A stretch of DNA of 64,000 bases from Candidatus Omnitrophota bacterium (lineage in GTDB: Bacteria; Omnitrophota; Gorgyraeia; Zapsychrales; Zapsychraceae): NCBI GenBank assembly GCA_050250375.1, contig JBFWOS010000002.1:773149-837148 (forward strand), given 5' to 3'. The notes beneath the pieces were generated by a model. That model searched no databases. It was not told the origin of the DNA and saw only the letters and a list, made by a program, of their open reading frames with translations. Positions 56,659-64,000 of the stretch are shown one piece after another. Within the stretch, counting starts at the first letter, position 1. Each line of letters opens with the position of its first letter. The position numbers and the translations under genes were made by a program.

Positions 56659-57552
56659 TTATAATTTTACGGGTATACGGGCGAGGATATTGGCAATATT
56701 GTCTTTAAAAGATTTCCAGTCCAGGATATCAGTCTTGACTTCACCTTCTTTGTCCGAAAATATAATTTCTCCTTTGGGAAGGCTGATCATTTTAATTTCA
56801 ACATCAGCAAAACTATTTTCGGTAATCGAATAAAACAGTCCGCGTTTGGCGATATAACTCTTGATATAGATATACATGACGGTATCCACGTCCGGTGGAA
56901 TCAGACTTCTGGCCTCGAGCGTTTTGGTAATCAGAGGATCCGGCTCTTTAGGCCCGGACGATTGAACCGCTGGCTGCAGCAATTCAATTTTTTTCCCGTG
57001 TTTATCGGTTACCGTCATATTTCCCGACGCGAAGATGCTTTCAATCAGTGACTGCACAATCGCCGCACCGGCGTCGTTGGTTTGGTTTATCGAACCGGAT
57101 GGATGCAGGAATTCCTGAACAGCGGATTTTACCAGTTGATCTTCGGCAACGTTACTGTCTAAGGCTGAGAATTCCTTTTCATAGGCTTTAACCCCGTATC
57201 CCCGCTTGGACAATTCGTCTTTCAGCAAGACACTGATCCTGATTTTTGTATCCATTAATCGTTCACGCAGGTCGGAGGCTGTGATTTTCAGGCCGGAGTC
57301 AATCGTTACTTCGGTGACAACCGGCATGATATAAATCGATTTAACCATCTGATGGTCCAGAAAAACATCACTTCGCATGTACGGGCCGGAGGCACAGCCG
57401 GCTGTTAGAATCAACAATCCAAACAACAACGCTAAAGGTTGTAAAGAAAAATTAAAAAATCCGGAGATGTTCGTGAAAAAATTGGCAAAAGCCATGCGGG
57501 CAACCCACAAAAAATGAAACAAAAAAAGCGGAATTTTGGAAAAACAATTCAT
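56659..57552 (-). CDS. Hypothetical lipoprotein
   Basis: A lipobox (LLILTAGCASG) follows a hydrophobic N-terminus. No known domain. The start is ambiguous. Confidence 0.4.
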   Translation of the reverse strand: MNCFSKIPLFLFHFLWVARMAFANFFTNISGFFNFSLQPLALLFGLLILTAGCASGPYMRSDVFLDHQMVKSIYIMPVVTEVTIDSGLKITASDLRERLMDTKIRISVLLKDELSKRGYGVKAYEKEFSALDSNVAEDQLVKSAVQEFLHPSGSINQTNDAGAAIVQSLIESIFASGNMTVTDKHGKKIELLQPAVQSSGPKEPDPLITKTLEARSLIPPDVDTVMYIYIKSYIAKRGLFYSITENSFADVEIKMISLPKGEIIFSDKEGEVKTDILDWKSFKDNIANILARIPVKL

Positions 57553-57580
57553 GCCAGTTCTCCTGACAGAAACCGATGAA

Positions 57581-59971
57581 TTATTTCACATCACAAGTAC
57601 GCATATCGTCAAACGATTTAAAAATAAATACTAACGCAACCGCCAGAAATATACAGGCTAGAATCAAAGACATACTCCGGCTTAATTCGATGGCGATTTC
57701 AATCGCCAGCAGACCGAATAGGGTTGTGAATTTGATCACCGGGTTAATCGATACGGATGAAGTGTCCTTGAACGGATCCCCCACCGTGTCTCCAACAACG
57801 GTGGCGGCATGCAACATCGTGCCCTTCTCTTTTAAATCGACTTCAACTAACTTTTTTGTATTATCCCAGGCCCCGCCCGCGTTGGCCATAAAGATCGCCT
57901 GGAATAATCCGAAAAGGGCGATTGAAACAAGATAACCGATAAAAAAATAGGAATCAAGGAATGCAAACGCGAGCGTGCTGAAAAATATGCTTAAAAAAAG
58001 GTTGATCATCCCCTGCTGGGCAAAACGGGTACATATATCAACGACCTTTTTGCTGTCCTCCACAGAGGCCTTATGGCCTCCCTCCAGTTTCATATTGGCC
58101 TGGATAAAATCAACGGCATGATAAGCCCCCGCGCTGACCGCATGCAGGGAAGCACCGGTAAACCAATAAATCATTGAGCCCCCCGCTAATAACCCGAGGA
58201 AAAACGGCGGATGCAGGATTGACAGTTTATCAATATTTATGGTGAGACCGTGGGTAAGAATCATGATAATCGAAAAAATCATGGTCGTCGCTCCAACGAC
58301 CGCAGTTCCGATTAATACCGGCTTGGCCGTTGCTTTGAATGTGTTGCCTGCCCCATCGTTCGCTTCGAGAAAATATTTCGCGTTTTCGAAATCCGGTTTA
58401 AACCCGTATTCTTTTTCAATCTGTTCCTTAATATTAGGAATTTTTTCAATGATCGACAATTCATAAATGGATTGCGCGTTATCCGCCACCGGGCCGTAAG
58501 AATCAACGGCGATGGTCACAGGGCCCATTCCGAGAAACCCAAACGCAACCAACCCGAATGCAAAAATGGACGGCGCGACCATATAAACATCCAGCCCCAT
58601 TGATCCAAACCCATAAGCCATTCCCATTAAAAACAAAATAACCATACCCATCCAGTACGCGCTGAAATTGCCGGCCGTCAGACCCGCCAGGATATTCAAA
58701 GATGCGCCCCCTTTCCTGGATGAATGCAGAATATGTTCAACATATTTGGATTCAACCGATGTGAAAATTTTGACCAGTTCCGGGATGACAGCCCCGGCGA
58801 TCGTGCCGCACGTAATGATCGCCGCCAGTTTCCACCAAATCGTGCCATCCCCGAGATCATGAATCAAAATATAAGACGCCGCAAAGGTCATAAGAATCGA
58901 TACAAATGAAGTAATCCAAACCAGCGATATCAAAGGCGTTTCAAAATTCATTTTGAGTTGATTGAGATAACGTTTTTTAGCCCAGGCGTCGTTAATCCAG
59001 TAGGAAATCGCACTGGCCAGTACCATCACCAGACGCATGACAAAAATCCACACCAATAATTGAACTTGAAGGACCGGATCCTTAACCGCCAGGAGGATAA
59101 ATGAAATAAGCGCGACCCCGGTGACACCATAGGTTTCAAACCCGTCCGCAGTCGGGCCGACTGAATCACCTGCGTTGTCACCAACACAATCCGCAATAAC
59201 ACCCGGATTGCGGGCATCGTCTTCTTTGATATTAAAGACAATCTTCATCAGGTCCGAACCGATATCGGCAATTTTTGTAAAAATTCCACCGGCAATGCGC
59301 AATACAGATGCCCCCAGGGATTCCCCGATCGCGAAACCGATAAAACACGGTCCGGCATAACTGCCCGGAATAAAAAGTAGTATTGCTAACATGACCAAAA
59401 GCTCTACACTGATCAATAACATCCCGATGCTCATGCCTGCCTGGAGCGGAATCGCATACACCGGGAATGGTTTCCCCTTCAAACTAGCGAACGCACAACG
59501 GGAATTGGCCAAGGTATTGATCCGCATCCCAAACCATGCCACGGAATAACTCCCGATAATCCCGATCAGACTGCAAATGAGGATCATACTGATTTTAAGG
59601 GCATCATAATGCTGCAGCCAGCCGAAATAGAGAACAATGATGATGCCGACCAGAACTTCCAGCATCAGAATAAATTTTCCCTGGGCCAAAAGATATATTT
59701 TACATGTTTCATAGATCAACTGGGAGATTTCTTCCATGGAACTGTGGACGTCCATTTTTTTGATATTTAAAAACTGGAAAATCCCGAATAGAAATCCCAT
59801 GATGCAGATAAGGATCCCCCACGTTAAAATGGTCTTTCCGTCCAACCCGCCTACAAACTTAACCTGCGTCAGATCCGGAATCAATAAATCCGCTTCGCCA
59901 GCATGGGCCGTACATACCTTTCCAAAAAATAAAGCCAGAACGGCGGCCCCATATTGGTTAATCCTTCGCAT
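57581..59971 (-). CDS. hppA: Membrane-bound ion-translocating (H+/Na+) pyrophosphatase
   Basis: 796 aa with ~16 TM helices. Canonical V-PPase motifs are present, such as GDNVGDNAGDSVGP... and DTVGDPFKDT. Confidence 0.9.
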   Translation of the reverse strand: MRRINQYGAAVLALFFGKVCTAHAGEADLLIPDLTQVKFVGGLDGKTILTWGILICIMGFLFGIFQFLNIKKMDVHSSMEEISQLIYETCKIYLLAQGKFILMLEVLVGIIIVLYFGWLQHYDALKISMILICSLIGIIGSYSVAWFGMRINTLANSRCAFASLKGKPFPVYAIPLQAGMSIGMLLISVELLVMLAILLFIPGSYAGPCFIGFAIGESLGASVLRIAGGIFTKIADIGSDLMKIVFNIKEDDARNPGVIADCVGDNAGDSVGPTADGFETYGVTGVALISFILLAVKDPVLQVQLLVWIFVMRLVMVLASAISYWINDAWAKKRYLNQLKMNFETPLISLVWITSFVSILMTFAASYILIHDLGDGTIWWKLAAIITCGTIAGAVIPELVKIFTSVESKYVEHILHSSRKGGASLNILAGLTAGNFSAYWMGMVILFLMGMAYGFGSMGLDVYMVAPSIFAFGLVAFGFLGMGPVTIAVDSYGPVADNAQSIYELSIIEKIPNIKEQIEKEYGFKPDFENAKYFLEANDGAGNTFKATAKPVLIGTAVVGATTMIFSIIMILTHGLTINIDKLSILHPPFFLGLLAGGSMIYWFTGASLHAVSAGAYHAVDFIQANMKLEGGHKASVEDSKKVVDICTRFAQQGMINLFLSIFFSTLAFAFLDSYFFIGYLVSIALFGLFQAIFMANAGGAWDNTKKLVEVDLKEKGTMLHAATVVGDTVGDPFKDTSSVSINPVIKFTTLFGLLAIEIAIELSRSMSLILACIFLAVALVFIFKSFDDMRTCDVK

Positions 59972-60113
59972 AACATCCCTCCTAATTTTCTAATTAAACC
60001 GCTGCTGAATAATTAATACTTGAATCTTAACTGCTTATGAATGTTTGAATTATACACATCCGACCGCGAGAAATCAAGGCGAGAAAATTATATCTGTTTA
60101 CAAACGCCTCGAA

Positions 60114-61154
60114 TCACAACGGCTCGAATGCCGGATCCCACCAGGATCGGGCAAAATATTTGTCCGCGCTCTCTTTTTCTATATATGTATGCGGCATCTC
60201 AAAATAATGGAACAAACGATCAAATACGTGACCAAACGCCGGATCTGAGATTTCAATCGTCGTCGCTTGAAGATGCTCCTCCAGCCATTTTTTGTACGCG
60301 TCAACCGGCTCACAACCGGCCTGCTGGAAAATCACCCGCCCCCCATACTTTTCATAAAGAGCTTTATTAAATTTCCAGGACGTTACAGTCAGCGCCGCTA
60401 CATTTTGCATGGATTTCTGCTTGATTTGAGTAAAATTCGGATGAGCTTTTTCTTCTTCTGTGCGAGTCAGTTCATCACTGATTAACTGATTTGTCACGTT
60501 CAGATATTCCATCAGCATGTTTTTTTTGTTCTCCGTGAGATCGTCCGCCTGCAACTGACGTAGAAGATCTTTACGTTGGGATTCGAGTTCTCCCAAACGT
60601 TCTTTCTCTTTTTTTGTGCTGAAATCGATAAACGCCTGGATTTCACTTTCTGTCGGTTTCAGTCCAGCCTCTTCCAATAAATGGTTTTGTGCTTCTGAAA
60701 AAATTAAATACTCAAGGGTACGGATTTGAAATTCTTCGTTCCAGTGATTAAATTCAACTTCTGTCATCTGGGCACGGTTTCTGGAAAGTATTTCCTGCGA
60801 AGGGACGATGGCGGAAGGATAAATGATCTGATCAAATATGCGGGCCACCGGTTTTTCCTGAAAAACACAGTGACGATTCCGGCATTCCGGAATTGGACGG
60901 GTCTCCATATTTCCGGGATAAGCGCATTCCACCAATTTTTGCGTTTCCCTGTAATATGTTCGGGCCTGCGGCGCATAAGACCGGTTAACGGCGCTCCAGT
61001 CACAAGCTCCTTCCACGGCAGTGCAATCTTGCGTATTTTCACAAATGGTCCAGACTCTGGTATCGACCATGACCGCCGGAACTGTTTTTGGAATTAAAAC
61101 AATACCGGACAACAAAATGAAGAGCATTAAATTCTTCACGATGGAACAACCCAT
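60114..61154 (-). CDS. Hypothetical secreted Cys-containing protein
   Basis: Signal peptide MGCSIVKNLMLFILLSGIVLIP, and several Cys in the first 120 aa. I recognise no domain. Confidence 0.45.
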   Translation of the reverse strand: MGCSIVKNLMLFILLSGIVLIPKTVPAVMVDTRVWTICENTQDCTAVEGACDWSAVNRSYAPQARTYYRETQKLVECAYPGNMETRPIPECRNRHCVFQEKPVARIFDQIIYPSAIVPSQEILSRNRAQMTEVEFNHWNEEFQIRTLEYLIFSEAQNHLLEEAGLKPTESEIQAFIDFSTKKEKERLGELESQRKDLLRQLQADDLTENKKNMLMEYLNVTNQLISDELTRTEEEKAHPNFTQIKQKSMQNVAALTVTSWKFNKALYEKYGGRVIFQQAGCEPVDAYKKWLEEHLQATTIEISDPAFGHVFDRLFHYFEMPHTYIEKESADKYFARSWWDPAFEPL

Positions 61155-61220
61155 TTTTCAAATATTGATTCTCGTTTCCGGCCAATATCCGGTTGTTTTC
61201 TTGAACTTGGCATACCCGCT

Positions 61221-61835
61221 CTAACGGCCGGAACCAAGGTCACTCGGCTCGCCGTTTTTAATTTCTCCATCAATAAATTTATCATCATTTTTCATTCGGA
61301 GGCAGGCCGTGGTGGCTTTTGACTTCATGCTTGACAATTCAAGACTCATGGCCGATCGCTCATCAGGGGTGAACCGGGCATCGTACCATCGAGGATCCTT
61401 ATGCCCGGTTGGCGGAAGCGTGTTTAACTTATTTTCCCAGGCCTCGCGTAAAACAGCTATATCCGATTCCCATTCCTTGCGTTCCTGCGCGGAAAGATTC
61501 ATGGAATTCATTTTATTTTCCATCTTATCGGCCACGATCCGCCAATACAATCCATGCACTCCAGCGAGACATTTTTGTTTTTCGTTCAACGGCGGATCAG
61601 ATTTTATCTTCTGTTCTTTCTCTAGAATGGGATTTTTCTCAATAACACTTACTGATGCGGGACTTTGTGTATTTTCCTGCGGTGTTGTAATATCTTTTTT
61701 GTCATTCGTCTGCTGGAGTTTCTGTGTGGCCGAATGGATATTGTCCATGAACCCCGCCGAAATTGTCTTTGAAGTAAATACCAATAAAATTATTCCAACT
61801 ACACCATTAATACGCAAAAACGCTGTAATCTTCAT
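61221..61835 (-). CDS. Hypothetical secreted protein
   Basis: The internal start MKITAFLRINGVVGIILLVFTSKTISA (ATG at 61835) is a signal peptide. The ORF track extends 24 codons further upstream without RBS support. Confidence 0.4.
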   Translation of the reverse strand: MKITAFLRINGVVGIILLVFTSKTISAGFMDNIHSATQKLQQTNDKKDITTPQENTQSPASVSVIEKNPILEKEQKIKSDPPLNEKQKCLAGVHGLYWRIVADKMENKMNSMNLSAQERKEWESDIAVLREAWENKLNTLPPTGHKDPRWYDARFTPDERSAMSLELSSMKSKATTACLRMKNDDKFIDGEIKNGEPSDLGSGR

Positions 61836-61921
61836 ATACATAATCTTTTTCAACCTGAAAAAAGAAGAGAGACCAGATTCATGAATGACTGTCTCTGGCC
61901 TCTCCACAAAATCCCATCTTA

Positions 61922-62737
61922 TTAATAATTTTCCTCGGACATCAATTTTCCGTCCTCGTAGTATTTTTTAACAGCCCCTTTTAAAGCTCCGTTTTCCATA
62001 GTGTATTCCATAAAAAGAATACCGTTTTCATAATATTCCTTGCTGGGACCATTTGGGACCCCGTTGATAAAAGACGTTTCCCGGGCGACCTGTCCATTCG
62101 GGAAATAACATTTCGCGGGACCGTTTTTAATGCCCATTTTGTATACAAATTCACATTTCGGAGTCGGATCATCTTCAATCACTTCAATACTTAAACCATC
62201 TCTCAAACCTTCAACATACGTTTCTTTGATCAGCAATGTCCCATCACTGTCATAAACTTCAGAAATCCCGTCTAATACCCCTTCTTTGTATGTATTTTTT
62301 TCCCGAAGTTTACCATCAGCGTATTTGATTTCATAGGCCCCGGTAAAAAGCTGGCCCTGTTCATTCAGCATTTTCCCTTCCTTGAAAGTCATCTCAGCCA
62401 ATAAAGTCCCGGTGTCATCAAATAATTTCGATACACCATCGGCCGTATTATTTTTGATATTCATTTCACTGACTAAAATTCCTTCTTGGTTCCACGATTT
62501 GCGTACGCCGTTCTCTTTACCCATAACATACGTAGTGTTATAACGGACCTGCCCGGTTGGATAATACCCCTTTGCTTCGCCGTCAAGAACCCCGTTTTTA
62601 TAATTCAATTCGCTCATCAATTCTCCGGAGGGAAAATAATCTTTAACCAGACCGTTCAACTGCTGGCTGTCAGCCGGGGAAGTAAAACCAAGCAGACAAA
62701 GAAGCATTAATAGGGGAAAAAAATGTAGTTTTTTCAT
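61922..62737 (-). CDS. Secreted MORN-variant (YwqK-like) repeat protein, paralog of 16319..17176
   Basis: The start MKKLHFFPLLMLLCLLGFTSPADS (ATG at 62737) has AAGGAG upstream. It carries tandem ~23-aa repeats such as YFPSGELMSELNYKNGVLDGEAKGYYPTGQV and YYENGILFMEYTMENGALKGAVKKYYEDGKL. Confidence 0.65.
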   Translation of the reverse strand: MKKLHFFPLLMLLCLLGFTSPADSQQLNGLVKDYFPSGELMSELNYKNGVLDGEAKGYYPTGQVRYNTTYVMGKENGVRKSWNQEGILVSEMNIKNNTADGVSKLFDDTGTLLAEMTFKEGKMLNEQGQLFTGAYEIKYADGKLREKNTYKEGVLDGISEVYDSDGTLLIKETYVEGLRDGLSIEVIEDDPTPKCEFVYKMGIKNGPAKCYFPNGQVARETSFINGVPNGPSKEYYENGILFMEYTMENGALKGAVKKYYEDGKLMSEENY

Positions 62738-62924
62738 GAAGCCAATCTCCTTTTGATTACAATTTAGTAAAATTCCAGAAATCAATAAAAATGTGACTGT
62801 CTCTCCCTTCCCAGTCATGGCAGTGATTATACTGCATGCAACTGCCGCCTGCAAGGATTATGAGTACCGGATTAAAACCCTCTGGACGGATATTATCAGT
62901 TGAATCAATTTGGATTTAACGTTT

Positions 62925-64000
62925 TTAACAGCCATAATTTGTCGAAGCACTCCAGGTGCATTCACCGTTTTTAATACGATTATAGTCGTCCGCACTACCG
63001 CCCCAGTAAGCACGGCCTTCTGCGGCGTTACGTTCGTATTCCAACCGGGTGCCTTCCCCATTATCCGTTGGTTGTCCCGACTCAGCCGACCAAGACGAAA
63101 TCTCGTCATCCGGGGTCGGAGGTTGAGTCTTGCGGATTAAAGCCTGCAGGCCATAGGCTGCCTGATTCCATTGATCATTGTATTGCTCAATATACCCGGT
63201 GACGTCAAAAGTAATGATCTGGCCACTCGCGGCATCAACGGTTTTACCACCGGAACTGGCTCCGCTGTTCAGTACCCAGGCCAGAACGGGCGGGGCGCCG
63301 TTCGGATTCCAAATCCGCAGTCCGGCTTTCTTAAGCGGACCTTTCATCCCGTTTTTCCGGGCGATATTCAATGCCGTCGGCAAGTCGACAAACACCAACG
63401 GCAACTGCATCCCGTTCCAATCCAGTAAATTTTTAAATTCATGAATTTGGGAGCCCTTCTCCGTAATCAGCATCATCATACCGGTGAATTGAAAAGGAGA
63501 AACAAAAGTAATACGAATCTCAGGACCTTTCATGTTCGGGGCGTCAATCTGCTTGAAATCGACGGAAACTGGCACCGCGTCGGGCTGCCAGGCGCTGGCG
63601 CGCCTAATGGATGTCTGTATCAATTCGGGGATATCCTTCGGCAGCGCATGGATTCCATCCCGCTGCGTCGATAAGATAATTTCCCCATTTGTTTTCTTTG
63701 TCGAACGCTGCCGTGCGCGTTTCCAGGTAGCCGGCCCCATCTTTCCGGTTCCGACAAAAGTGTCCGGATTGGGCAATTGGTATTCGCCGCCATCCTCACC
63801 CCAGGTTTCGGAATAAATAGACCATGTGCCATAGGACGCACTGAAGATTCCCGAATGGATGACCTTCCCGCCAGTACTCAACTGATACGTCCCATCAGCC
63901 CGGATTTCCCAATACACAGACTGGTTGGGCAGTTGCCACGTCCCCACCAACCCCGGATCGACCAATCCATTCGCATAAACTGATGATGATAATATTTGGA
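62925..64000 (-). CDS. Hypothetical protein; the ORF continues beyond the window end (partial)
   Basis: The reading frame stays open from 62925 to the window edge, with no in-frame stop upstream of the TTG at 63965. No recognisable domain. The C-terminal region has several Trp/Gly-rich segments. Confidence 0.4.
   Translation of the reverse strand, partial: QILSSSVYANGLVDPGLVGTWQLPNQSVYWEIRADGTYQLSTGGKVIHSGIFSASYGTWSIYSETWGEDGGEYQLPNPDTFVGTGKMGPATWKRARQRSTKKTNGEIILSTQRDGIHALPKDIPELIQTSIRRASAWQPDAVPVSVDFKQIDAPNMKGPEIRITFVSPFQFTGMMMLITEKGSQIHEFKNLLDWNGMQLPLVFVDLPTALNIARKNGMKGPLKKAGLRIWNPNGAPPVLAWVLNSGASSGGKTVDAASGQIITFDVTGYIEQYNDQWNQAAYGLQALIRKTQPPTPDDEISSWSAESGQPTDNGEGTRLEYERNAAEGRAYWGGSADDYNRIKNGECTWSASTNYGC

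Noticed and set aside
62858-63109. Minus-strand 83-aa ORF overlapping the 3' part of the partial gene 62925..64000
   Set aside because: It is an alternate frame on the same strand as a longer continuous ORF and is therefore most likely spurious.

Overview
This 64 kb window is a chromosomal segment of a diderm (Gram-negative-type) bacterium. The diderm call rests on OmpA-like, LysM, Spy/CpxP-like and lipoprotein genes. GC content is moderate. Coding is extremely strand-biased: about 65 genes lie on the minus strand and only one convincing gene lies on the plus strand. I found no rRNA, tRNA, CRISPR array, transposase or integrase by eye.

Walking from low to high coordinates (all genes minus-strand), the content is:
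- a partial CPA2 antiporter;
- a cell-envelope cluster (peptidoglycan-binding lipoproteins, an OmpA+LysM protein, a degenerate receiver and a CheY-like receiver) followed by a CusRS-like two-component system;
- a trehalose operon (otsA, otsB, a GH15 hydrolase) in which OtsA carries an N-terminal two-TM sensor plus a HAMP-like extension, preceded by a TetR gene that has a perfect 16-bp palindrome upstream;
- an NhaP antiporter;
- a stress-related set (SRPBCC protein, GST, OsmC, DUF1579 protein);
- a GNAT acetyltransferase fused to an HDAC-type deacetylase;
- a STAS domain fused to an ion-channel pore and an ECF-S-like membrane domain;
- a 2,504-aa glycine-rich, beta-helical surface protein with a LamG domain, built from two tandem ~1,140-aa modules and preceded by a 336-bp AT-rich tract;
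- a Zn-dependent alcohol dehydrogenase with an unannotated 58-aa zinc-ribbon ORF upstream;
- an orphan histidine kinase;
- a beta-carbonic anhydrase next to pckA;
- TrkH;
- a UppP–ApbE fusion;
- amtB–glnK;
- two tandem CaCA exchangers;
- a DUF368 (PopT-like) protein;
- soluble and membrane pyrophosphatases;
- an SNF transporter coupled to a NifX-like protein;
- an Rrf2-regulated sulfate ABC operon (sbp, cysT, cysW, cysA);
- an NhaP2 antiporter;
- MORN/YwqK-like repeat proteins.

The main novelty candidates are the unusual domain fusions (sensor–HAMP–OtsA, GNAT–HDAC, STAS–channel–ECF-S, UppP–ApbE) and the duplicated giant Gly-rich/LamG protein. Every domain assignment was made by eye from motif recognition and needs HMM or BLAST confirmation.
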